In this document: positions 10,928-19,539 of the stretch, piece after piece
Position numbering within the stretch: the first letter of the stretch is position 1
Layout: every line of letters starts with the position of its first letter
Source: Escherichia coli
GTDB taxonomy: Bacteria; Pseudomonadota; Gammaproteobacteria; Enterobacterales; Enterobacteriaceae
Direction: 5' to 3' (one strand)
Assembly (NCBI RefSeq): GCF_030384885.1
Contig: NZ_CP128613.1
DNA: 64,000 nucleotides
Made by a program: the position numbers and the translations under genes
The notes under the pieces: model-generated
The model's input: the letters and a program-made list of their open reading frames with translations, nothing else
Told to the model about the DNA's origin: nothing
Databases searched by the model: none

Positions 10928-11314
10928 ATGAGCAAAACTATCGCGACGGAAAATGCACCGGCAGCTATCGGTCCTTACGTACAGGGCGTTGATCTGGGCA
11001 ATATGATCATCACCTCCGGTCAGATCCCGGTAAATCCGAAAACGGGCGAAGTACCGGCAGACGTCGCTGCACAGGCACGTCAGTCGCTGGATAACGTAAA
11101 AGCGATCGTCGAAGCCGCTGGCCTGAAAGTGGGCGATATCGTTAAAACCACCGTGTTTGTGAAAGATCTGAACGACTTCGCAACCGTAAACGCTACCTAC
11201 GAAGCGTTCTTCACCGAGCACAATGCCACCTTCCCGGCACGTTCTTGCGTTGAAGTTGCCCGTCTGCCGAAAGACGTGAAGATTGAGATCGAAGCGATCG
11301 CTGTTCGTCGCTAA
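10928..11314 (+). CDS. ridA: Enamine/imine deaminase RidA (YjgF)
   Basis: 128 aa MSKTIATENAPAAIGPYVQG...; RBS AAGGAG upstream of ATG 10928. Confidence 0.93.
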   Translation: MSKTIATENAPAAIGPYVQGVDLGNMIITSGQIPVNPKTGEVPADVAAQARQSLDNVKAIVEAAGLKVGDIVKTTVFVKDLNDFATVNATYEAFFTEHNATFPARSCVEVARLPKDVKIEIEAIAVRR

Positions 11315-11380
11315 TCTCTTTCAAAAAGATAATCCAGGTTTCGCGCCTGGATTATCTGATTCAACCACGGAGGGTTGAAG

Positions 11381-11836
11381 ATGGCTAAATCCCGTTTCAC
11401 AGATAAGCAAATTGCTGAAATTTTACAGCGGTCAAAAGAGGGGGCATCTAATAAGGAGCTTTGTGAACACTATCAATTTAGCGTTAACACGCTGCGGCGC
11501 TGGCAAGAACAGCACGCTGACGGCATCAGAAGCGAATTAAAAAAAATAGAATCTAAAGCACAGATCGTCTTTCTGCTTTTCATTGCTATTGTCATTATAC
11601 TCACGCTTATATTTGGTAAACCTACAGGTGGATGGGCAATACCGCCTTTATTACTCTATTGTGTTTATTATATCCGCCTGTATCGCAACATCTCCGCCAG
11701 ACATATAAAAAAAGAAGACATTTTTCTCTCTCGTTCTGTTAATAACAGCTATAGCGCCCTTTATAATTTGAGCTGGACGTTTATTTGTTTTTTTATTTTT
11801 GCAGTAATCTATTTTTTTATTCAGGTGTTTTCGTAA
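11381..11836 (+). CDS. Hypothetical protein: N-terminal transposase-like HTH fused to a two-helix membrane segment
   Basis: ATG 11381 with GGAGGG RBS; N-terminus (FTDKQIAEIL...LCEHYQFSVNTLRRWQ) resembles IS3-family OrfA HTH, C-terminus hydrophobic; AT-rich. Confidence 0.5.
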   Translation: MAKSRFTDKQIAEILQRSKEGASNKELCEHYQFSVNTLRRWQEQHADGIRSELKKIESKAQIVFLLFIAIVIILTLIFGKPTGGWAIPPLLLYCVYYIRLYRNISARHIKKEDIFLSRSVNNSYSALYNLSWTFICFFIFAVIYFFIQVFS

Positions 11837-11880
11837 CAGACTGACCTGAAAGAGTATTTCAGGCCAGCTTCATCACTTGC

Positions 11881-14577
11881 TTACTGCCAGCCGTAACGAC
11901 GGCTATAGAACCCTTTCACCAACTGGGTTAACGTCATATACCCTGCCAGAATCGCAACCAGCCACGGGAAATAGCTTAACGGCAGCGCCTGCAGTTGCAG
12001 ATAACTGGCCAACGGCGAAAACGGCAATGCGATCCCGACTATCATCACAATCACGGTCATGATCATTAACGGCCACGATGCACAGCTCTGAATAAACGGT
12101 ACACGACGGGTACGGATCATATGCACAATCAGCGTTTGCGACAGTAATCCCACCACAAACCAGCCCGACTGGAACAGCGTTTGCGTTTCCGGCGTGTTGG
12201 CATGGAATACCCACCACATCAGGCAAAACGTCAGAATATCGAAGATCGAACTGATCGGTCCGAAGAAGATCATAAAGCGCCCCAAATCCGCCGGATTCCA
12301 ACGCTGAGGCTTTTGAACTTGCTCGTCGTCGACGTTATCAAACGGGATCGCCACCTGTGACACATCGTACAGCAGGTTCTGGATCAGTAAGTGTAAAGGC
12401 AGCATCGGCAGGAAGGGCAAGAAAGCACTCGCCACCAGCACGCTGAACACATTACCGAAGTTAGAACTCGCCGTCATTTTGATGTATTTCAGCATGTTGG
12501 CGAAAGTGCGACGTCCCTCAATAACCCCCTCCTCCAGCACCATCAGGCTTTTTTCCAGCAGGATGATATCAGCCGCTTCACGGGCAATATCTACCGCGCC
12601 GTCCACAGAAATGCCGATATCCGCAGCGCGTAAGGCGGGAGCATCATTAATACCATCGCCCATAAAGCCAACCACATGCCCTTCGCGCTTTAGCAAGGTC
12701 ACGATGCGTTCTTTATGCATCGGCGTCAGGCGAGCAAACAGCGTGGTGCGCTGTGCAAGATTTGCCAGTTCGTCGTCAGATAGCGTTTCAATATCACTAC
12801 CAATGACCACCTCTCCCGCGTCCAGTCCCACTTCATGGCACACTTTCGCCGCCACTAACTCGCTGTCGCCAGTAAGGATTTTCACGGTAATGCCACTCGC
12901 TTTTAATGCCTTCAGTGCCGGAGCTGTTGTCTCTTTCGGCGGATCAAGGAAAGCAATATATCCTTCGAGGATCAGGTCGGATTCATCCGCCCGCTGGTAA
13001 TCCCCTTCACGTGCTGGCAGGTATTTCGTCGCCACCGCAACCACGCGCAGCCCCTGACGATTCAGCGTATCAGTAACCCGCTTAATCTTACGCAGTATGA
13101 TGTCATCAAGCGGCACAATCTCACCATTGTGACGCACCTGCGAACACACATTGAGGATTTCCTGCAATGCGCCTTTGCAAACCAGTTGATGATGTTCGGT
13201 ATTCTCTGCCACTACCACCGACATCCGGCGACGCTCGAAATCAAACGGAATCTCATCAATTTTTTGCCAACGACTGGCCAGCGAGCGCGCTGACTCTTCA
13301 TCCGTACCTTCGAGCACCGCTGTATCAAGCAGGTTTTTAAGTCCGGTCTGATAATGACTGTTCAACCACGCGCTATGCAGCACCCGTTCGCTGGTTTTAC
13401 CGGAGATATCGGTATGATTCTCCAGCACAATTTTATCCTGCGTCAGGGTGCCGGTTTTATCAGTGCACAGAATATCCATAGCGCCAAAGTTCTGAATGGC
13501 ATCCAGATGTTTGACGATCACTTTCTGTTTCGACAGCTTTACGGCACCACGCGCCAGCGTCGAAGTGACAATCATCGGCAACATTTCTGGCGTTAAGCCT
13601 ACCGCGACCGAAAGTGCGAACAGTGCCGCTTCCCACCAGTCACCTTTGGTGTAACCGTTGATCAGCAACACCACCGGAGCCATCACCAGCATAAAGCGAA
13701 TCAGCAGCATACTGACGCGGCTAATCCCTTGCTGAAAGGCATTCGGCTCGCTTTCCTGCTCACTAACACGCCCCGCCAGTTGACCAAACCAGGTGTTGGC
13801 TCCTGTAGCAATCACCATTGCTTGTGCCGTGCCGCTCACCACGGTGGTACCCATAAAACACAGGGTGTCGCACTCCAGCGGATTGCTGTGCTCCGGCTGG
13901 CGAGTGGTAGCAGCTTTTTCCACGGGCAGAGACTCACCGGTTAACGACGCCTGAGCGACAAACAGATCCCGCGCCTGCAAGATACGTAAATCTGCCGGGA
14001 TCATATCCCCCGCCGCCAGTTTTATAATATCGCCGGGCACTAGTTGGTCTATCGGAATTTCCAGCCAGCCATTTTCACCTTTATCGTTAATTACGCGCAG
14101 TACCGTCGCGGTATTACTGACCATCGCTTTCAGGGCATCTGCCGCTTTGGTGGAACGAGCTTCCTGAATAAAGTTCAGCAACGTAGAAATAGCGACCATT
14201 AGCGCGATAACACCTGCGGCAAATAAATCTTCCGTGGCGTAAGAAATAGCACCGAGAATGGTGAGCAAAATATTAAAGGGGTTGCGATAGCAGACCCATA
14301 AATGTACCCACCACGGCGACGGTTGTTGCGCGGGTAATTTATTTTCACCATGTTGTTCGCGGGCAGATTCCACTTCCGCCTGATTTAACCCTTCCGGATG
14401 GGTATTGAACGTTTTCCATAATTCCTGTTCTGGCATCACCGCCATTTTCAGGCAATGCGCACTTAAGGACGGCGGGACCGCCGTATTCACTGTCTGCTGC
14501 GCGCCAGGCAATGGATCGCGATGAACCAGACGGGAAGGTAAATGGCGAATGAGCCGGGTAAAAATTTCTTTAAACAT
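11881..14577 (-). CDS. mgtA: Magnesium-transporting P-type ATPase
   Basis: 898-aa ORF with P-type ATPase motifs (DKTGTLT, TGDxxxxA, GDGINDAPAL). Confidence 0.97.
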   Translation of the reverse strand: MFKEIFTRLIRHLPSRLVHRDPLPGAQQTVNTAVPPSLSAHCLKMAVMPEQELWKTFNTHPEGLNQAEVESAREQHGENKLPAQQPSPWWVHLWVCYRNPFNILLTILGAISYATEDLFAAGVIALMVAISTLLNFIQEARSTKAADALKAMVSNTATVLRVINDKGENGWLEIPIDQLVPGDIIKLAAGDMIPADLRILQARDLFVAQASLTGESLPVEKAATTRQPEHSNPLECDTLCFMGTTVVSGTAQAMVIATGANTWFGQLAGRVSEQESEPNAFQQGISRVSMLLIRFMLVMAPVVLLINGYTKGDWWEAALFALSVAVGLTPEMLPMIVTSTLARGAVKLSKQKVIVKHLDAIQNFGAMDILCTDKTGTLTQDKIVLENHTDISGKTSERVLHSAWLNSHYQTGLKNLLDTAVLEGTDEESARSLASRWQKIDEIPFDFERRRMSVVVAENTEHHQLVCKGALQEILNVCSQVRHNGEIVPLDDIILRKIKRVTDTLNRQGLRVVAVATKYLPAREGDYQRADESDLILEGYIAFLDPPKETTAPALKALKASGITVKILTGDSELVAAKVCHEVGLDAGEVVIGSDIETLSDDELANLAQRTTLFARLTPMHKERIVTLLKREGHVVGFMGDGINDAPALRAADIGISVDGAVDIAREAADIILLEKSLMVLEEGVIEGRRTFANMLKYIKMTASSNFGNVFSVLVASAFLPFLPMLPLHLLIQNLLYDVSQVAIPFDNVDDEQVQKPQRWNPADLGRFMIFFGPISSIFDILTFCLMWWVFHANTPETQTLFQSGWFVVGLLSQTLIVHMIRTRRVPFIQSCASWPLMIMTVIVMIVGIALPFSPLASYLQLQALPLSYFPWLVAILAGYMTLTQLVKGFYSRRYGWQ

Positions 14578-14717
14578 AAGGAGTCCCTCCGCACTGACTG
14601 AAACAGTGCAGAAATGTCTTCAGGCGTGGCGAAGCCTTACCTGAAGGTAATAAAGCTGAGCTGGGACGTTAAAACGTCACGGCCTTACGCATCCGGTAAC
14701 GCCGTGAAAAGACGGGC
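14578..14717 (-). promoter_or_regulatory. mgtA 5-prime leader (Mg2+/proline-responsive attenuator region) between mgtL and mgtA
   Basis: Position between the mgtL stop and the mgtA start; established leader architecture. Confidence 0.7.
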
Positions 14718-14771
14718 TTACCGGAAAAGTTTTAATCTCCGTCGAGGGAGAGGCGTGGGATCAGGTTCCAT
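14718..14771 (-). CDS. mgtL: mgtA leader peptide
   Basis: 17-codon proline-rich [20 protein letters not shown] upstream of mgtA. Confidence 0.82.
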
Positions 14772-14864
14772 ATAACCTCCGATAAGTGAAAAAAGCGCCG
14801 CAAATAATAAGGAGAATCCAATAATATTCGTGGCATTTATGGCGATATAATACCTACTGGCAAC

Positions 14865-14881
14865 TAAACCAACGATAAACC
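14865..14881 (-). promoter_or_regulatory. PhoP box of the mgtLA promoter
   Basis: On the minus strand GGTTTA-tcgtt-GGTTTA (direct hexamer repeat, 5-bp spacer) with a TATTAT -10 element just downstream. Confidence 0.7.
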
Positions 14882-14953
14882 AGACTTTACCCATTGCTGA
14901 ATGCACGGGTAAAGTTAGGCTCAAATAATGAAACGCAATTACGGGACAACAGG

Positions 14954-15901
14954 ATGCAAAATCGGCTGACCATCAAAGACATCGCGCGCTTAAGCGGCGT
15001 GGGGAAATCTACGGTTTCCCGAGTGCTGAATAACGAAAGCGGCGTGAGTCAGCGCACGCGCGAGCGCGTGGAAGCAGTGATGAATCAGCATGGATTTTCC
15101 CCTTCCCGCTCCGCGCGCGCTATGCGTGGGCAAAGCGATAAAGTGGTCGCCATCATTGTTACCCGTCTGGATTCGTTGTCAGAAAATCTCGCCGTCCAAA
15201 CCATGCTGCCAGCGTTCTATGAACAAGGTTACGACCCGATCATGATGGAAAGTCAGTTTTCTCCGCAATTAGTTGCCGAACATTTGGGGGTGCTGAAACG
15301 GCGTAATATCGACGGCGTAGTGCTGTTCGGTTTTACCGGCATAACCGAAGACATGTTAGCCCACTGGCAGTCATCGCTGGTTCTGCTGGCGCGTGACGCA
15401 AAAGGCTTTGCTTCGGTCTGTTATGACGACGAAGGGGCAATCAAGATCCTGATGCAACGGCTGTATGACCAGGGGCATCGTAATATCAGTTATCTCGGCG
15501 TACCGCACAGTGACGTGACGACCGGTAAGCGACGTCACGAAGCCTACCTGGCGTACTGCAAAGCGCATAAACTTCATCCCGTCGCCGCCCTGCCAGGCCT
15601 TGCGATGAAGCAAGGCTATGAGAATGTCGCAAAAGTGATTACCCCTGAAACCACCGCGTTACTGTGCGCAACCGACACGCTGGCACTTGGCGCAAGTAAA
15701 TACTTGCAAGAGCAACGCATCGACACCTTGCAACTGGCGAGCGTCGGTAATACACCGTTAATGAAATTCCTCCATCCGGAGATCGTCACCGTTGACCCAG
15801 GTTACGCCGAAGCCGGACGCCAGGCGGCCAGCCAGTTAATTGCGCAGGTAACCGGGCGCAGCGAACCGCAACAAATCATCATCCCTGCCACCCTATCCTG
15901 A
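14954..15901 (+). CDS. treR: Trehalose operon repressor (LacI family)
   Basis: 315 aa from MQNRLTIKDIARLSGVGKSTVSRVLN... (HTH_LacI) followed by a periplasmic-binding-like domain. Confidence 0.93.
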   Translation: MQNRLTIKDIARLSGVGKSTVSRVLNNESGVSQRTRERVEAVMNQHGFSPSRSARAMRGQSDKVVAIIVTRLDSLSENLAVQTMLPAFYEQGYDPIMMESQFSPQLVAEHLGVLKRRNIDGVVLFGFTGITEDMLAHWQSSLVLLARDAKGFASVCYDDEGAIKILMQRLYDQGHRNISYLGVPHSDVTTGKRRHEAYLAYCKAHKLHPVAALPGLAMKQGYENVAKVITPETTALLCATDTLALGASKYLQEQRIDTLQLASVGNTPLMKFLHPEIVTVDPGYAEAGRQAASQLIAQVTGRSEPQQIIIPATLS

Positions 15902-15940
15902 TCGTTTCCTGAACGATAAATTGTGATCTTCGCTGCGTTT

Positions 15941-15954
15941 CGGGAACGTTCCCG
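15941..15954. promoter_or_regulatory. Candidate TreR operator in the treB promoter
   Basis: Perfect 14-bp palindrome CGGGAACGTTCCCG about 65 bp upstream of treB; a second palindrome ATCGTT-N5-AACGAT at 15901-15917. Confidence 0.6.
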
Positions 15955-16019
15955 TTTTTAAATTTTTCCGCGCACTATATTCTGCAGCCAACCAAAAATG
16001 TCATCTGCCATGGGGCTTT

Positions 16020-17441
16020 ATGATGAGCAAAATAAACCAAACGGATATCAATCGGTTGATTGAACTGGTCGGCGGTCGCGGCAATATTGCGACGGTGAGC
16101 CACTGTATTACTCGCCTGCGCTTTGTCCTCAACCAACCGGCCAATGCCAGACCGAAAGAGATTGAGCAACTCCCCATGGTGAAAGGCTGTTTCACCAATG
16201 CCGGGCAATTTCAGGTGGTAATTGGCACCAACGTGGGTGATTACTATCAAGCGCTGATAGCGACGACCGGACAGGCGCAGGTTGATAAAGAGCAGGTGAA
16301 AAAAGCTGCCCGGCAGAATATGAAATGGCATGAGCAGTTGATCTCTCATTTCGCGGAGATCTTCTTCCCGCTGCTGCCCGCGTTGATTAGTGGTGGTTTG
16401 ATCCTCGGTTTTCGCAATGTGATCGGCGATTTGCCCATGAGCAACGGTCAAACGCTGGCGCAAATGTACCCTTCCCTGCAAACGATCTACGATTTTCTAT
16501 GGTTGATCGGTGAAGCGATCTTCTTCTACCTGCCGGTCGGAATTTGCTGGTCAGCGGTGAAAAAAATGGGCGGCACGCCGATCCTCGGTATCGTGCTTGG
16601 CGTGACGCTGGTTTCCCCACAGTTGATGAACGCTTATCTGCTCGGGCAGCAGCTACCGGAAGTATGGAACTTTGGCATGTTCAGCATCGCCAAAGTGGGC
16701 TATCAGGCACAGGTTATTCCGGCACTGTTAGCCGGGCTGGCGCTGGGCGTGATAGAAACTCGCCTTAAGCGTATCGTGCCGGATTATCTCTATCTGGTGG
16801 TGGTGCCGGTCTGTTCGCTGATCCTCACGGTGTTCCTCGCCCATGCGCTGATTGGTCCGTTTGGTCGCATGATTGGCGATGGCGTTGCCTTTGCGGTGCG
16901 TCACCTGATGACCGGCAGCTTTGCCCCCATTGGTGCGGCATTGTTTGGCTTCCTTTACGCACCGCTGGTGATCACCGGCGTACACCAGACCACGCTTGCT
17001 ATAGATTTGCAGATGATTCAAAGCATGGGTGGCACGCCAGTGTGGCCGCTTATTGCGCTGTCGAATATCGCTCAGGGCTCCGCCGTGATAGGCATTATCA
17101 TTTCCAGCCGCAAGAGCAATGAACGCGAGATCTCCGTGCCTGCCGCTATCTCCGCCTGGCTTGGGGTCACTGAGCCTGCAATGTACGGCATCAACCTGAA
17201 ATATCGCTTCCCGATGCTGTGCGCGATGATTGGTTCTGGTCTGGCAGGATTACTATGCGGTCTGAACGGCGTTATGGCGAATGGCATCGGCGTAGGCGGC
17301 CTGCCGGGAATTCTCTCTATTCAACCGAGCTACTGGCAAGTGTTTGCGCTGGCAATGGCTATCGCCATCATCATCCCGATTGTACTCACCTCGTTTATCT
17401 ACCAGCGGAAATACCGCCTGGGTACGCTGGACATTGTTTAA
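16020..17441 (+). CDS. treB: PTS trehalose-specific EIIBC component
   Basis: 473-aa ORF MMSKINQTDI...; EIIB cysteine motif (SHCITRLR) and multi-pass EIIC domain. Confidence 0.95.
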   Translation: MMSKINQTDINRLIELVGGRGNIATVSHCITRLRFVLNQPANARPKEIEQLPMVKGCFTNAGQFQVVIGTNVGDYYQALIATTGQAQVDKEQVKKAARQNMKWHEQLISHFAEIFFPLLPALISGGLILGFRNVIGDLPMSNGQTLAQMYPSLQTIYDFLWLIGEAIFFYLPVGICWSAVKKMGGTPILGIVLGVTLVSPQLMNAYLLGQQLPEVWNFGMFSIAKVGYQAQVIPALLAGLALGVIETRLKRIVPDYLYLVVVPVCSLILTVFLAHALIGPFGRMIGDGVAFAVRHLMTGSFAPIGAALFGFLYAPLVITGVHQTTLAIDLQMIQSMGGTPVWPLIALSNIAQGSAVIGIIISSRKSNEREISVPAAISAWLGVTEPAMYGINLKYRFPMLCAMIGSGLAGLLCGLNGVMANGIGVGGLPGILSIQPSYWQVFALAMAIAIIIPIVLTSFIYQRKYRLGTLDIV

Positions 17442-17490
17442 TTTTCTTCGGGGCGCAATTGCGCCCCCTCGTATTTGCAGGAATAACGTA

Positions 17491-19146
17491 ATGACGAATC
17501 TTCCCCACTGGTGGCAAAACGGCGTTATCTACCAGATTTATCCCAAGAGTTTTCAGGACACCACGGGCAGCGGTACCGGCGATTTACGTGGCGTTATCCA
17601 ACGCCTGGACTATCTGCATCAACTGGGCGTCGATGCTATCTGGCTAACCCCCTTTTATGTCTCTCCCCAGGTCGATAACGGATACGACGTAGCGAACTAT
17701 ACGGCGATAGATCCCACTTACGGTACGCTGGACGATTTTGACGAAATGGTGACGCAGGCGAAATCACGCGGCATTCGTATCATTCTCGATATGGTGTTTA
17801 ATCATACTTCTACCCAACATGCCTGGTTTCGCGAGGCGCTGAGCAAAGAAAGCCCTTACCGTCAGTTTTATATCTGGCGCGATGGTGAACCAGAAACGCC
17901 ACCGAATAACTGGCGTTCAAAATTTGGCGGTAGTGCGTGGCGCTGGCATGCGGAAAGCGAACAGTACTATTTGCATCTCTTTGCACCAGAACAGGCGGAT
18001 CTCAACTGGGAGAATTCGGCGGTACGCGCCGAGCTGAAAAAAGTCTGTGAGTTCTGGGCCGATCGCGGGGTCGACGGGTTGCGCCTGGATGTGGTGAATC
18101 TGATCTCCAAAGACCCGCGTTTCCCTGAAGACCTGGATGGCGACGGACGTCGCTTCTACACCGACGGGCCACGAGCACACGAGTTTTTGCACGAGATGAA
18201 CCGCGATGTGTTTACGCCTCGCGGGTTAATGACCGTGGGTGAAATGTCCTCCACTAGCCTTGAGCATTGCCAGCGATACGCGGCTCTGACAGGCAGTGAA
18301 TTGTCGATGACCTTTAATTTTCATCACCTGAAGGTCGATTATCCCGGTGGTGAAAAATGGACGCTGGCTAAACCTGACTTTGTGGCGTTGAAAGCATTGT
18401 TCCGCCACTGGCAACAAGGAATGCACAACGTGGCATGGAATGCCTTGTTCTGGTGTAACCACGATCAGCCGCGCATTGTTTCTCGTTTTGGTGATGAAGG
18501 GGACTACCGCGAACCTGCGGCAAAAATGCTGGCGATGGTGCTGCATGGCATGCAGGGAACGCCATATATCTATCAGGGCGAAGAGATTGGCATGACTAAT
18601 CCACATTTCACGCGCATTACTGACTATCGCGACGTGGAGAGCCTCAATATGTTTGCCGAACTGCGCAACGATGGGCGTGACGCCGACGAGTTATTGGCAA
18701 TCCTCGCCAGTAAATCCCGTGACAATAGTCGCACGCCAATGCAATGGAGCAACGGCGATAATGCCGGGTTTACAACGGGTGAACCGTGGATTGGCCTGGG
18801 CGATAACTATCAAGAAATCAACGTAGAAGCTGCGCTGGCCGATGAGTCCTCGGTGTTTTACACCTACCAAAAGTTAATCGCACTGCGTAAGCAAGAAGCC
18901 GTCCTGACATGGGGCAATTACCAGGATCTGCTGCCAGACAGCCCTGTATTGTGGTGCTATCGCCGTGAATGGAAGGGGCAAACCTTGCTGGTCATTGCCA
19001 ACCTTAGCCGTGAGATCCAACCCTGGCAGCCAGGGCAAATGCGCGGAAACTGGCAGCTTGTGATGCATAACTACGAAGAAGCCTCAGCACAACCCTGTGC
19101 CATGACTTTACGGCCTTTTGAGGCCGTCTGGTGGTTACAGAAGTAA
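17491..19146 (+). CDS. treC: Trehalose-6-phosphate hydrolase
   Basis: 551 aa from MTNLPHWWQNGVIYQIYPKSF...; GH13 alpha-amylase family motifs. Confidence 0.95.
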   Translation: MTNLPHWWQNGVIYQIYPKSFQDTTGSGTGDLRGVIQRLDYLHQLGVDAIWLTPFYVSPQVDNGYDVANYTAIDPTYGTLDDFDEMVTQAKSRGIRIILDMVFNHTSTQHAWFREALSKESPYRQFYIWRDGEPETPPNNWRSKFGGSAWRWHAESEQYYLHLFAPEQADLNWENSAVRAELKKVCEFWADRGVDGLRLDVVNLISKDPRFPEDLDGDGRRFYTDGPRAHEFLHEMNRDVFTPRGLMTVGEMSSTSLEHCQRYAALTGSELSMTFNFHHLKVDYPGGEKWTLAKPDFVALKALFRHWQQGMHNVAWNALFWCNHDQPRIVSRFGDEGDYREPAAKMLAMVLHGMQGTPYIYQGEEIGMTNPHFTRITDYRDVESLNMFAELRNDGRDADELLAILASKSRDNSRTPMQWSNGDNAGFTTGEPWIGLGDNYQEINVEAALADESSVFYTYQKLIALRKQEAVLTWGNYQDLLPDSPVLWCYRREWKGQTLLVIANLSREIQPWQPGQMRGNWQLVMHNYEEASAQPCAMTLRPFEAVWWLQK

Positions 19147-19158
19147 GTATCCGCTAAG

Positions 19159-19190
19159 CCCCGGTAATACTGGTCATTCCGGGGTTTTGC
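19159..19190 (+). terminator. Intrinsic terminator after treC
   Basis: ccccgg...ccgggg hairpin followed by TTTTG. Confidence 0.75.
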
Positions 19191-19290
19191 CTTTCAGTAT
19201 GTTGTTTTTGTTGATTTTATAATCAAAAAATTCATTAAAAAATTTACATAACGCTGTAGCGCCCGTCATCCGTACGCTCTGCTTTTTACT

Positions 19291-19304
19291 TTGAGCTACA
19301 TCAA
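19291..19304. promoter_or_regulatory. Candidate FNR site upstream of nrdD
   Basis: TTGAG-ctac-ATCAA, one mismatch from the FNR consensus TTGAT-N4-ATCAA. Confidence 0.5.
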
Positions 19305-19329
19305 AAAAAGTTCAAACATCCTTGATGCA

Positions 19330-19380
19330 AAGCACTATATATAGACTTTAAAATGCGCCCCGACCCAATATGTTGTATTA
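19330..19380. promoter_or_regulatory. Candidate tandem NrdR boxes in the nrdDG promoter
   Basis: Two AT-rich palindromic boxes (gcactatatatagac and cccaatatgttgtat) spaced about 32 bp apart. Confidence 0.5.
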
Positions 19381-19539
19381 ATCGACTATAATTGCTACTA
19401 CAGCTCCCCACGAAAAAGGTGCGGCGTTGTGGATAAGCGGATGGCGATTGCGGAAAGCACCGGAAAACGAAACGAAAAAACCGGAAAACGCCTTTCCCAA
19501 TTTCTGTGGATAACCTGTTCTTAAAAATATGGAGCGATC

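Noticed and set aside
11381-11530. Insertion sequence suggested by the transposase-like HTH
   Set aside because: No DDE catalytic domain, no second transposase ORF and no terminal inverted repeats; at most a domesticated fragment.
11843-11865. Weak hairpin between the HTH-membrane ORF and mgtA as a terminator
   Set aside because: Only a 7-bp stem with no U-tract on either strand; not reported as a feature.
12479-13000. 173-aa ORF antisense to mgtA
   Set aside because: Ser/Ala/Arg-rich shadow ORF inside the P-type ATPase gene.
14718-14924. 68-aa ORF from the six-frame track upstream of mgtA
   Set aside because: Only its last 17 codons correspond to the mgtL leader peptide; the longer frame runs through the promoter and PhoP box.
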